DNA of 20,000 nucleotides, taken from an uncultured virus (IMG/VR IMGVR_UViG_3300035698_022433). Taxonomy: Duplodnaviria; Heunggongvirae; Uroviricota; Caudoviricetes. Of the stretch, positions 1 through 8,590 are shown piece by piece. The notes beneath the pieces are model-generated. The model was not told the origin of the DNA. It saw only the letters and a program-made list of their open reading frames with translations, and did no database searches. The stretch lies in the IMG/VR virus record IMGVR_UViG_3300035698_022433, one strand, 5' to 3'. The position numbers were made by a program, and so were the translations under genes. Numbering within the stretch: position 1 is the first letter of the stretch; each line of letters begins with the position of its first letter.

Positions 1-94
1 TTTCATTTGGATATTTAGCATTTTGCTATTCAGTATTAATATACGGAATAATTAAATATGGATGGAAAAATTCTAAAGTAAAAGGAGTTGAAAA

Positions 95-1261
95 ATGAAA
101 TCGCCATTCGACATAACAAACCCAAAGGAGGTTATTGAGTTTGATGAAGTTGACCCCTACAATCCCCAGAATAGATTAGAAGGATTTGTTAATCGTCGTC
201 AAGGACTTCTTTATGGTTCACTTTGGATAACAAAAGTAAATGGTAAGAAATGTCCACAGGTAATCTATTCAGCTCCAAAGCAACATTATCCATTTGATAA
301 AGATAATGTTAAATGGGAATTCCCGGAATGTGATTATGTTGATTTATATGAAAAATTAGATGGAACTTGTATTATATCTTATGTATATAAAGATAAAAAA
401 GGAGATGTATTTCTTACATATAAAACAAGACTTAGACCATTTCTTGGTTCTGGTAGATTTGGAAACTTCCTTGAACTTTGGAATGAGATATTAGAAAAAT
501 ATCCACAGATAACAAATTATACTTTTGATGAATTTCATAATTGTATATTTGAGTTGTATGGTAAAAGAAATAAAGTGTTAATAAGTTATGAAATACCTTT
601 AGATACAAAATTAATATTTACAATCAATGCATCCAATGGACAGATATATCCTCCACTTGAATCAGCAGAGCATGATACTGATACAATTCCTGTATTGGAA
701 AATAAAGGTATATTAACAGATTGGCATAAATATACATTAGAGGGACAAAAAGATTTATACAATAAAATTAAAGAAGACTTAGAAGCAGAACTTGATGTGA
801 ATGAAGAAACTAAAATACTAAAAGGCAAAGAAGGATATGTAATGTATTTTATGAAGAATGGATGTGCCGTTCAAATTAAAAACAAACCACCTTCTGTACT
901 CAAATATCACTGGGCTGGAAATGCCATAGCGTATGAGTCTCTCTTTACTACTTGTATAAATGCATTCGAGAACTTTGATGACCCGCAATACAACGACATA
1001 GTACAACTACTAAACGAAGAATTTGAACTTGATTTTATAGAAAAGTCACGAACAAGAATCAACAAAGTTTTAGACAAAGTACGGTTCAACAAGAAACTAC
1101 AATACGAAGTCGTCAAGCACTACAACAAACTTGGAGTAGACATCAATGAAGATAAGAGAACTGTAATGCGATACTTTGCCAAACTATATCCAAAAGATCA
1201 AGCACAAAGAATTTTTACTCTACTCAATTCATATGTAGAAGATAATAAGGTGAAAAAATGA
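95..1261 (+). CDS. RNA ligase-like nucleotidyltransferase (388 aa)
   Basis: Motif I EKLDG, FELYG (motif III-like), EGYV (motif IV) and KNK (motif V-like); GGAG SD upstream. Confidence 0.75.
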   Translation: MKSPFDITNPKEVIEFDEVDPYNPQNRLEGFVNRRQGLLYGSLWITKVNGKKCPQVIYSAPKQHYPFDKDNVKWEFPECDYVDLYEKLDGTCIISYVYKDKKGDVFLTYKTRLRPFLGSGRFGNFLELWNEILEKYPQITNYTFDEFHNCIFELYGKRNKVLISYEIPLDTKLIFTINASNGQIYPPLESAEHDTDTIPVLENKGILTDWHKYTLEGQKDLYNKIKEDLEAELDVNEETKILKGKEGYVMYFMKNGCAVQIKNKPPSVLKYHWAGNAIAYESLFTTCINAFENFDDPQYNDIVQLLNEEFELDFIEKSRTRINKVLDKVRFNKKLQYEVVKHYNKLGVDINEDKRTVMRYFAKLYPKDQAQRIFTLLNSYVEDNKVKK

Positions 1262-1404
1262 ATGATAAACAAAAGAAAATAGTTCTAGATGTATTAAATG
1301 ATGTTTCTGAGAAAGTAAAAATAGATAATATATTCAAAGCTATTTTTATAGTGGAACATATACAAACCGACGAACATAAAGAAAAGGGGATAAGTCCAAG
1401 ATGA
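1258..1404 (+). CDS. small hypothetical protein (48 aa)
   Basis: ATGA overlaps with both neighbours; GGTGA SD upstream; below ORF-track cutoff. Confidence 0.5.
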   Translation: MNDKQKKIVLDVLNDVSEKVKIDNIFKAIFIVEHIQTDEHKEKGISPR

Positions 1405-1604
1405 AAAAAGAAGAAAGAAAAGAATGGGAACGCAACATTGAGAAAGCATTAGAACTATTTTGTGGTGCAAAGGTTATAAGCATTATTCTTTATACAGAAG
1501 AAGAGTTGTCTCAAATGACACTTAGAACTAAAGATGGTAAGAAAATAGAAATAACTGCCCCTCTTGATTTGGGCATTCCGTTTTGTGTAGTTGGTGATGA
1601 ATAA
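1401..1604 (+). CDS. hypothetical protein
   Basis: Fits the overlapping gene chain. Confidence 0.55.
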   Translation: MKKEERKEWERNIEKALELFCGAKVISIILYTEEELSQMTLRTKDGKKIEITAPLDLGIPFCVVGDE

Positions 1605-1860
1605 AATGCCAATTACTAGAGAAGAGTTTGACAAAATATCAAAAGAAAAAGCAATATTGTCACCAATGATTCAATTTCTCTATGAACATCCAAATGTTGC
1701 ATACTCTTTGAATGAATTAATAAATCTGGATATGGATGTAGATTTCAATAAATTGAGTTTGTTAATTAAATTGAAATATATAGAGTCGGCAAGAGTTAGA
1801 AGTGGTGTATATATAATGCTGAGTGAACTAGGTAGAAAAAACGTAAAGGTGAAAAAATGA
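1597..1860 (+). CDS. putative winged-helix DNA-binding protein
   Basis: MPITREEFDK...FLYEHPNVAYSLNEL pattern resembles small archaeal wHTH proteins; start may be 1597 or 1606. Confidence 0.45.
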   Translation: MNKMPITREEFDKISKEKAILSPMIQFLYEHPNVAYSLNELINLDMDVDFNKLSLLIKLKYIESARVRSGVYIMLSELGRKNVKVKK

Positions 1861-2123
1861 CAGAAAAAATAACACGGACTGTATATTACCCTAGGAAAAG
1901 ACCTGTTCTCACTTGTAAGAAATGTGGAGAAGAGCTAAAACTAAATTATGCCAGTGACATAATAAGTCTTATAGAAGATGGTAGATTAGAGTGTATGCCA
2001 ACTATGAAAAATAGTTTTGGTTATATGGTACTAGGATTGATACACAAGAAAAATAATTGTGGTGGAGTTATGACACTTTCTAAAACAATCAAGATAAAGA
2101 TGAAATTTGAAGGAGATGTATAG
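1857..2123 (+). CDS. hypothetical Zn-finger protein
   Basis: CKKC plus HxxxxC; GGTGA SD. Confidence 0.55.
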   Translation: MTEKITRTVYYPRKRPVLTCKKCGEELKLNYASDIISLIEDGRLECMPTMKNSFGYMVLGLIHKKNNCGGVMTLSKTIKIKMKFEGDV

Positions 2124-2993
2124 ATGAAACAAAAAATATACTGTTACTTCCACAACGACGACATGGATGGTTGGGCTTCCTCCGCAGTAGTAAAAAAGAA
2201 GCATCCAAACGCTGAATTCTACGGTTACAACTATGAACCAGATTTACCACTAGTTAAAGGATATGATATTGTCTACATGGTTGACTGTTCATCTTCTGTT
2301 AAAGATATGATGTACTTAATGAAAAACAACAAGAAGTTTATTTGGATTGACCATCACGCTAAAAAAATCAAAGATGTATATGAACAAATGGGTATAGGAA
2401 TAGAAGGACTCAGAGATACTGGAAGTAAACATTCAGCTTGTGTTCTTACTTGGCAATATCTGTTTCCAGATGTTACAAACAAATCAGATGGTATTCCAGC
2501 ATTATTAATGTATGTAGAAGATATGGATATTTGGAAGTGGGAATTTAAAGACACCGACGGAATCAATATGTCACTTTCCATAGATGCAATGGGTGATAGA
2601 GATAAGATAATTAAAATAATAGAAGATTGGGGTATACAAGGAAATTGTTTGATTCATGCTGGTAATATATACATCAAAATGAGAAAAAAACAAATCGATT
2701 ATCTCTTAACAACAATACGGATTAAGAGGTTCCATGGCCAAAAAACAGGAGTTGTAAACTCTCCTATCCATCAAAGTTTCATTGGTCACGAGATGCTTGA
2801 AAAGAATCCTGATATCAAAGTAGCAATGATTTGGTATGTAACTGGAAATTTAGTAAAGGTAAGTCTCCGCAGCCGCGGCGACGTCGACGTTGCTGAGCTA
2901 GCATCAAAATATGGTGGTGGTGGACACAAACCCGCTAGTGGATTTACACTTAAGATGAATGATAAGTCAGTTCGTGATATATATTTGGAGTGA
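2124..2993 (+). CDS. DHH/DHHA1 family phosphoesterase
   Basis: HxxDxDG, VD, WIDHH and C-terminal SLRS...GGGGHKPASG motifs. Confidence 0.9.
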   Translation: MKQKIYCYFHNDDMDGWASSAVVKKKHPNAEFYGYNYEPDLPLVKGYDIVYMVDCSSSVKDMMYLMKNNKKFIWIDHHAKKIKDVYEQMGIGIEGLRDTGSKHSACVLTWQYLFPDVTNKSDGIPALLMYVEDMDIWKWEFKDTDGINMSLSIDAMGDRDKIIKIIEDWGIQGNCLIHAGNIYIKMRKKQIDYLLTTIRIKRFHGQKTGVVNSPIHQSFIGHEMLEKNPDIKVAMIWYVTGNLVKVSLRSRGDVDVAELASKYGGGGHKPASGFTLKMNDKSVRDIYLE

Positions 2994-3129
2994 TAATGCT
3001 ATTAACACTAATAGGACATATTATTTGCAAGCGAGACGGAAAAAATTTATTCGAAGATGGTGAAACATATCTTATAGTTGCAATTGCTGAAGTTGTTACT
3101 TGGGCAATAATAACACCGTGGTGATAAAT

Positions 3130-3321
3130 ATGATAGAAAAATGTAATTTCAAAAACAAAGTTGATTCAGAAGATGGACATTCTAAACGTTATGAATGTTC
3201 TTTGGGTAGGGTATCAGCAGGGTATCTATGTTCTGGTGTATATAACATAAAATGTGCTGGAGAAGATAACTGTATTCTATTCCAATTATATAAAAACCAA
3301 ACGCAGAGTATGATAAAATGA
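3130..3321 (+). CDS. small Cys-rich hypothetical protein
   Basis: ATG 3130 follows GGTGA SD; several Cys. Confidence 0.5.
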   Translation: MIEKCNFKNKVDSEDGHSKRYECSLGRVSAGYLCSGVYNIKCAGEDNCILFQLYKNQTQSMIK

Positions 3322-3524
3322 AATTTGAAAATGTATTTAAAATGAAAGCAACACTTAAGAAAGAAACAACTAAAGAGGGTATTGAAAGAGATGAAGAATT
3401 GTTCAACCAAATAAAACATGATGAAGAAATATCAATTACTAAAAATGAAATAATTGGAAAAGATGAAGATGGTAAATGTTATGTTAAAATTATCACTGGT
3501 TGGGAAAGGTTTAATCAAATTTAA
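3318..3524 (+). CDS. hypothetical protein
   Basis: ORF in gene chain. Confidence 0.5.
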   Translation: MKFENVFKMKATLKKETTKEGIERDEELFNQIKHDEEISITKNEIIGKDEDGKCYVKIITGWERFNQI

Positions 3525-3539
3525 TAGAGGAAAAATAAA

Positions 3540-3791
3540 ATGTCAATACATGAAGAAAAAAGTGAATTAGCTGGAAAAGATGTAAAACTCAAAAATGGAA
3601 CAACACTACAAATAGAAGATTGGTGGGATAGATTAGTTCAAAAAAGTTGGATGAAAATGAGTGGTAATCCTGCTTGTTTGTGTTATGCTATGGACGTAGC
3701 AACTAAAAATCTTCCTCTTGATGATGAAGTGTTGTATGGCCACACAAAAGATGGATTAGGTCATTTAGTTCATATTACTGAGGTAGAATAA
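3540..3791 (+). CDS. hypothetical protein
   Basis: GAGG SD; protein-like composition (IEDWWDR...GNPACLCY...VLYG...LGHLVH). Confidence 0.6.
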   Translation: MSIHEEKSELAGKDVKLKNGTTLQIEDWWDRLVQKSWMKMSGNPACLCYAMDVATKNLPLDDEVLYGHTKDGLGHLVHITEVE

Positions 3792-3792
3792 A

Positions 3793-4062
3793 ATGAAAGT
3801 TCAATACGTAGAAAACGATATTAATTCTGGAATGTATCTTCTTAGAAATGGTAATCCTGATATAACAAATCTATATAAAGTTTGTTGGACAAATAAAAAA
3901 GAATATTGTTTGGTGTCAATGACAGATGGATGGATTGATGTCTATAAATCAAAAGCTGATTTAGTAAATCAATTAAATGATGATGACAATGGATATATAC
4001 CAATTGATATGATTACGTTAATTGACATGTTAAGATGCAAAGTACGAAATGAACTATCTTAA
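3793..4062 (+). CDS. hypothetical protein
   Basis: GAGGT SD; last ORF before a promoter. Confidence 0.55.
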   Translation: MKVQYVENDINSGMYLLRNGNPDITNLYKVCWTNKKEYCLVSMTDGWIDVYKSKADLVNQLNDDDNGYIPIDMITLIDMLRCKVRNELS

Positions 4063-4067
4063 TGGTA

Positions 4068-4081
4068 GAAAAGTTTAAATA
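4068..4081 (+). promoter_or_regulatory. archaeal BRE-TATA promoter of the first tRNA unit
   Basis: GAAAAG-TTTAAATA about 25 nt before a structured RNA and tRNA-Leu. Confidence 0.6.
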
Positions 4082-4189
4082 CTATTTCTTACTTATATTT
4101 ATTATATGACAGCAAAAAACCTACTCAGTTTATCGAGTTTGCGTTCCTTGCGGAACCTTTTCATTTGCTAGTCATATAACTATTTTTAT

Positions 4190-4315
4190 GCCAACGTACC
4201 CAAGTTAGGACGACGGGGCCAGACTTAAGTGTTTATTTTAAGGGTTATACTCAAATCCTATCGGAGATATCTGGTGTGGGTAGCTGCCTCACAGGTTCAA
4301 ATCCTGTCGTTGGCA
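4190..4315 (+). tRNA. trnL: tRNA-Leu(TAA) with 39-nt intron (4230-4268) at 37/38
   Basis: Acceptor GCCAACG/CGTTGGC; anticodon stem CCAGA/TCTGG; long variable arm; TTCAAAT T-loop; relaxed BHB. Confidence 0.85.
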
Positions 4316-4375
4316 TAAGTTTTGAACATTGATTGTTATATTAATAAAGAAGGTTTGGAAATTGAAAAATGTAAT

Positions 4376-4456
4376 GCCAACGTAGTCAAGTGGTCTAAGA
4401 CGACGGGTTTAGGACCCGTGCGTAGGCAATCGTCGGTTCAAATCCGTCCGTTGGCA
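4376..4456 (+). tRNA. trnL: tRNA-Leu(TAG)
   Basis: Cloverleaf; ACGGG-TT TAG GA-CCCGT. Confidence 0.92.
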
Positions 4457-4599
4457 CTATGAAAATAAAACAAACCTAAGATGAGCAACGGGAAGTTGCG
4501 TGTCTTAGGAAATGTATATGCGTAGACATAGTGGAAAAAAGTATTATGCAAGAAAGTTCAATCAACAAAGACGAAAATTGGTTAAAGAAATAAACAAAA

Positions 4600-4685
4600 G
4601 CAGGAGTGGCAGAGTGGTCTATCGTCACGGGGTGCTAACCCGATGAATCATTGAGATTGCGTCCGTTCGAATCGGACCTCCTGCG
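4600..4685 (+). tRNA. trnS: tRNA-Ser(GCT)
   Basis: GCAGGAG/CTCCTGC acceptor, G73, long variable arm. Confidence 0.88.
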
Positions 4686-4688
4686 TAG

Positions 4689-5363
4689 GTGAATATCATG
4701 CGTCAATGGCGAAGATATAAAAGTACATATCGGATAAAGCATCCACAGTATTACATTAAAGGAAAACGCAACCTCACTCGTCAAGAGGAACGCACTCTCT
4801 TTGGTGGTACAGTTACTGTTACTGAGAAGATGGATGGTGCCAACACTGGTCTATTCAAAAAGAACGACAAGATGTTCCTACAAAAACGCGGCAGCCTCGT
4901 CGACGATAGTCATCCACAATTTAAGTTCTTCAAAAATCAATGGTTTTGGGACAACTACGAAAAGCTCGAACAACTCCCCGACAACGCAGTAACGTATGGT
5001 GAATTAATGCGCTGCACTCACACAATCCACTACGACAAACTCCCGGATTGGTGGTTGGTCTTTGATATCTACGATTTACAAAAACATCAATATCTTCCTT
5101 GGCATGAAGTAGCAAGAATCTGTTACGACATTGGATTGTCAACTGTACCACACATATTCACTGGTAGTTGTATGGACAGACCGACGATATCAGAAATAAT
5201 GCCAATTGAATCTATATACGGCAACAGGGCAGAAGGAATAGTAGTAAAGAATTACAAAAAACAAATGAGAGGAAAAGTAGTTCATCCCGAATTTATAAAA
5301 GACCCTAGTTTCGATAAACATTGGTCTAGCAGAACTGCAACATTTAATAAATTGGAGAGGTGA
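4689..5363 (+). CDS. RNA ligase family protein (Rnl2-like adenylation domain)
   Basis: TEKMDGAN, YGEL, FDI and EGIVVK motifs; start could be ATG 4698 after GGTGA. Confidence 0.85.
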   Translation: MNIMRQWRRYKSTYRIKHPQYYIKGKRNLTRQEERTLFGGTVTVTEKMDGANTGLFKKNDKMFLQKRGSLVDDSHPQFKFFKNQWFWDNYEKLEQLPDNAVTYGELMRCTHTIHYDKLPDWWLVFDIYDLQKHQYLPWHEVARICYDIGLSTVPHIFTGSCMDRPTISEIMPIESIYGNRAEGIVVKNYKKQMRGKVVHPEFIKDPSFDKHWSSRTATFNKLER

Positions 5364-5444
5364 CCGAGCACGGTTTATGGTGGGCGCCTTGAGAGCGTCA
5401 GTGTAGTAAAAGCTACACCAGCGGTTCAAATCCGCTTCTCTCCG
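5354..5444 (+). tRNA. trnS: tRNA-Ser(TGA)
   Basis: GGAGAGG/TCTCTCC acceptor; GGCGC-CT TGA GA-GCGTC; long variable arm. Confidence 0.92.
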
Positions 5445-5445
5445 T

Positions 5446-5757
5446 ATGAAAAACCAAAACAGAGCAAAGTTCAGAGAATCCGTATTCAAACGGGACAATA
5501 ACAAATGTGTAGTTTGTTCTGAGAAAGCAGTTGATGCGCATCATTTAATTGAAAGACGATTATGGAAAGAACCATCTGAACAAGGCGGATACATAGTAGA
5601 TAATGGAGTATCACTTTGTTCACAACATCATATAGATGCAGAAAAAAATATCATATTACCAAAAACACTGAGAGAATATGCTGGTATAAAGAAGATAGTT
5701 TTACCATTAGGTTTTGATGAAACAAAGGAATATAATAAATGGGGAAAACTTATTTAA
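5446..5757 (+). CDS. HNH endonuclease
   Basis: RDxxxCxxC...DAHH...NGVSLCxxHH. Confidence 0.85.
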   Translation: MKNQNRAKFRESVFKRDNNKCVVCSEKAVDAHHLIERRLWKEPSEQGGYIVDNGVSLCSQHHIDAEKNIILPKTLREYAGIKKIVLPLGFDETKEYNKWGKLI

Positions 5758-5804
5758 GCCCTTTACCATTCTTTTTTATGCTTGGGGGCAACTTGGTTTA
5801 CCAT

Positions 5805-5885
5805 TGACCTGTATGAAAATATGAACCCACATCTATCCCAATATCAAAGGGATGTTCTATTCAATTAAGCTATACCATACAGGTC
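5805..5885 (-). pseudogene. degenerate tRNA-Ile(GAT)-like element
   Basis: Minus strand: acceptor GACCTGT/ACAGGTC+A, D-arm-like TAGCTTAATTGAATAGAAC, TCCC..GAT..GGGA arm, GTGGGTTCA T-arm; 6-nt insertion after the acceptor strand and a weak T-stem. Confidence 0.5.
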
Positions 5886-5892
5886 TACTGGT

Positions 5893-5907
5893 AAAAACAT
5901 TTAAATA
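5893..5907 (+). promoter_or_regulatory. BRE-TATA promoter of SRP RNA (possibly bidirectional)
   Basis: AAAAACA-TTTAAATA ending about 22 nt before 5929. Confidence 0.6.
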
Positions 5908-5928
5908 TACCATTGTCTTTCGCTATTT

Positions 5929-6239
5929 AGATGCAGAATAGACTGGGGAGTTTGGTGTTCCCTTTGCACAAATCGCCAATAGTGGGTCGAATCCAAAGGG
6001 CAGTGTACGACTCCCTTTTGACTTCAACGTTAAACAATGATGATTCGTCCCTCGGAATCTAAGTCGTTGGCTATGTTAAATCGGAAGATTTAATAACCTT
6101 CATTATTAGATAAATCGGGCGAGGCACGGAAGTGAGCAGCCTTAATCTAAACTATAGGTGTTCAAGGGTCTGCGGATTTGAGAATAGTGCTGATTATCAA
6201 TTGGATAGTACGATATTCACCTGCGGAGTTTCTGCGTCT
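5929..6239 (+). ncRNA. ffs: archaeal-type signal recognition particle (7S) RNA, about 311 nt
   Basis: Terminal helix AGATGCAGAA/TTCTGCGTCT; Alu-domain helices with complementary loops TTGGTG/CGCCAA; helix 6 with GGAA loop (6069-6098); helix 8 AGG-CAC-GGAA-GTG-AGCA SRP54-binding motif (loop 6128-6131). Confidence 0.88.
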
Positions 6240-6284
6240 TTATAGTAAGGAAAACTTTTAATAAACTAAGTCCTATATCTGTTT

Positions 6285-6410
6285 ATGAAAAAACGAACCG
6301 AGTGCGAAGTCTATTCCCGAGTTGTTGGTTATCTTCGTCCTGTTAATCAATGGAACCGCGGGAAACAACAAGAATTTAAGGATAGAAAGGCTTTTAGAAT
6401 AAAAAAGTAA
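6285..6410 (+). CDS. stand-alone NrdD C-terminal glycyl-radical domain mini-protein (41 aa)
   Basis: MKKRTECEVYSRVVGYLRPVNQWNRGKQQEFKDRK carries the class III RNR RVxGY glycyl-radical motif; TATA-like TTTTAATA at 6256-6263. Confidence 0.85.
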   Translation: MKKRTECEVYSRVVGYLRPVNQWNRGKQQEFKDRKAFRIKK

Positions 6411-6440
6411 ATTCCTATGTTTTAAAGTATTAATTATTTA

Positions 6441-6454
6441 GAAAGATTTATATA
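6441..6454 (+). promoter_or_regulatory. BRE-TATA promoter
   Basis: GAAAGA-TTTATATA about 25 nt before ATG 6479 (leaderless). Confidence 0.6.
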
Positions 6455-6478
6455 TTACTATATGTATATTGTTTATAA

Positions 6479-6661
6479 ATGAAAAGTAGTAATGTATATT
6501 TGATATTTCTAGTAGCATGTATTATTCAGTATATAACGTTAGTAACAAGTTTTGTGCAAAGTACAGATTATTATACTACAGTAGCACGTATAGGAATAAC
6601 AAGTGTGTTAATGGGAGTTAGTGTATATTTTCATATAACGAGAAAAAGCATTGGTGATTAA
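6479..6661 (+). CDS. small membrane protein (2 TM)
   Basis: Two hydrophobic segments. Confidence 0.55.
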   Translation: MKSSNVYLIFLVACIIQYITLVTSFVQSTDYYTTVARIGITSVLMGVSVYFHITRKSIGD

Positions 6662-7312
6662 ATGAATGAAAAGTATAACATTGAAGGATTAGCTAAAGTT
6701 GCAAAAAAAATTGTGTCATCTTGCGCACAACATATGCCAATGATACATTTAGTATCAAAGGACAATGAAGTAACTATTTGTGGACTTGGTTTTGATAGTG
6801 ATGAAGCAAAACATAAAATGTTAGATATGTTTAGGAAAAAAGTACAAGACGAAAAGATACCTCATTATTTTGTAATTATAGAAGGATGGCTCGGCAACAA
6901 TGTTCACATTCGGCCAAGCCGCGACTTTGAAAGAAGAGAAGCATTAATCATTTGTGAATTCAAAGATACAATGGAACGTAAAACAATCATAATGCCGTTT
7001 ACTAAAGAAGACAAAAAAATAATATGGGAAGAAGAAATATCACTTGTTGATTCAGAACAATATAACATGTGGGACTTCTATCGCGAAGACGTATCAGCTG
7101 AAATGCATGAGAAACACCGCAGAGAAGCTTTGTTAAAAGAGTTTAGAGAAACAGATGTTAAAGATGCTTGGGATAAAACAATTGAGCAATATAAAAAAGA
7201 AACTGGTAAAGACCTACCACCAAGCTTTAATATAAAAAGGACAAGGGAAACGATTGAAAGGATGATTAATGAAGGTAGGGTTTCAAAGAGAGTTAACAGG
7301 ATAGATAAATGA
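6662..7312 (+). CDS. hypothetical protein (216 aa)
   Basis: GGTGA SD; long ORF. Confidence 0.7.
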   Translation: MNEKYNIEGLAKVAKKIVSSCAQHMPMIHLVSKDNEVTICGLGFDSDEAKHKMLDMFRKKVQDEKIPHYFVIIEGWLGNNVHIRPSRDFERREALIICEFKDTMERKTIIMPFTKEDKKIIWEEEISLVDSEQYNMWDFYREDVSAEMHEKHRREALLKEFRETDVKDAWDKTIEQYKKETGKDLPPSFNIKRTRETIERMINEGRVSKRVNRIDK

Positions 7313-7363
7313 AAGTTGAAGACGGAGTTGTAATAGTAGGACGAAGAGAACTTAAAGAGATAA

Positions 7364-7576
7364 ATGATGAACACAGAAATCGATATCCCTGATTGGTTAA
7401 TACAGTTGAATCAATATGATACTGTTATCTTTTTCATAATGTCAATTGTTGGTGTGTTTTTAATCATACATAGTTTGCGAATGAAATGTTCTGAGTGTGG
7501 ATTTGTCGTGTTCTTAACAGGTTGTAGTGCATTAATACTTGGTGGAATTGGCCTAATAATCTTTAGTTTAGAGTAA
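7364..7576 (+). CDS. small membrane protein (2 TM)
   Basis: Two hydrophobic segments flanking CSEC. Confidence 0.55.
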   Translation: MMNTEIDIPDWLIQLNQYDTVIFFIMSIVGVFLIIHSLRMKCSECGFVVFLTGCSALILGGIGLIIFSLE

Positions 7577-7589
7577 TAATTAGACCATA

Positions 7590-7602
7590 GAAAGTTATAT
7601 AA
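7590..7602 (+). promoter_or_regulatory. BRE-TATA promoter of the main tRNA cluster
   Basis: GAAAG-TTATATAA. Confidence 0.55.
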
Positions 7603-7812
7603 ACCTCTAATTACATATTATTTATTATCCAGTGTTCTATTTATCTGGGTTAGTGATATTATGTCTATATGTCAACCGCGACAACATTGGCAGAAAATGC
7701 CTTACATTTTTAATAGAATAGTCGCGGGAACGGATGTAGAGACAACCGAATAATTTTTGGGGCCTTTCTCAGACGGTAGTCGAAGGGTCTCTTTTCTATT
7801 AAATTTTTTGTT

Positions 7813-7883
7813 GCCGGTATAGCACAATGGCAGTGCGGGGAGCCTGTAACTCTCTGATGGGTGTTCGACTCGCTCTATCGGCT
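7813..7883 (+). tRNA. trnT: tRNA-Thr(TGT)
   Basis: GCCGGTA/TATCGGC acceptor, U73; GGGAG-CC TGT AA-CTCTC. Confidence 0.85.
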
Positions 7884-7971
7884 TAAGTGGAATAACGACT
7901 TAGAGGGACGTTATCGACGTTCGCAATATCTAACATATTATATACTATGTTTGTATACCAAATGTGAAACA

Positions 7972-8388
7972 GTGACTAAATACAAAATAATAAGAATGAA
8001 AGATGGAACAAGAAAAAGAGAACATAGATTAATTATGGAAGAGCATTTAGGAAGAAAATTAAGAAAAAATGAAATTGTTCATCACAAAAATGGAAATACT
8101 TTGGATAACAGGATAGAAAATCTTGATTTACTTACTTCGTCAGAACATGGAAGGAAACATTATAAACAAAATGATGTGTATAAATTTAACAAAAAAGATA
8201 TAAAAAGAGGAGCTACTACGTCAAATATAAAAAGACGTGTAAAGTGTACTGGTGATTATTATCAATGTTCTATGTGCAAAAAAATGATACACAAAAGCAA
8301 GTTTAATACAAAGAAATGGCGGTGGAATGGTTTGCAAACAATATGTAAAGTATGTACAAAAAAATACTATAAGAAATATTATAGATAA
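7972..8388 (+). CDS. HNH homing endonuclease with C-terminal Zn finger
   Basis: [14 protein letters not shown]...[16 protein letters not shown]; two CxxC pairs; start moved to GTG 7972 because the track start lies inside tRNA-Thr. Confidence 0.85.
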   Translation: MTKYKIIRMKDGTRKREHRLIMEEHLGRKLRKNEIVHHKNGNTLDNRIENLDLLTSSEHGRKHYKQNDVYKFNKKDIKRGATTSNIKRRVKCTGDYYQCSMCKKMIHKSKFNTKKWRWNGLQTICKVCTKKYYKKYYR

Positions 8389-8389
8389 C

Positions 8390-8462
8390 GCGCTTGTACG
8401 ATAATCTGGCAGTCTTACACCCTTCCAAGGTGAAAGTGAGTGTTCGAATCACTCCTGGCGCA
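8390..8462 (+). tRNA. trnG: tRNA-Gly(TCC)
   Basis: GCG...CGC+A acceptor; CACC-CT TCC AA-GGTG. Confidence 0.85.
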
Positions 8463-8587
8463 TCAGCGGTAGCTTAGCCTGGTAAAGCTCTAAATACTCT
8501 AAACGCTTATCTCCTTAACGGGCAGTACAGTTAAGAGTTACTTCGACTTGTAATCGAGAGACCTGGGTTCGAATCCCAGCCGTTGAT
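8463..8587 (+). ncRNA. tRNA-Thr(TGT)-like RNA with a ~50-nt Y-RNA-like stem inserted between D and anticodon arms
   Basis: Acceptor TCAGCGG/CCGTTGA, full D-arm, TCGA-CT TGT AA-TCGA, perfect T-arm; insert ACTCTAAACGCTTATCTC...GCAGTACAGTTAAGAGTTACTTC. Confidence 0.7.
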
Positions 8588-8590
8588 TTT

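Noticed and set aside
1857..2993. Readthrough fusion across TAG-ATG at 2121-2126
   Set aside because: The DHH gene has its own ATG and GGAG SD and is complete
4459..4599. Gene or RNA between tRNA-Leu(TAG) and tRNA-Ser(GCT)
   Set aside because: ATG 4459 stops after 6 codons; a hairpin (about 4475-4509) and a short basic ORF from 4512 exist, but none is well enough supported to call
4190..5444. tRNAs with TAA, TAG and TGA anticodons as stop suppressors
   Set aside because: Read 5'->3' they decode UUA, CUA and UCA (Leu, Leu, Ser); no TTA, CTA or TCA anticodon was found
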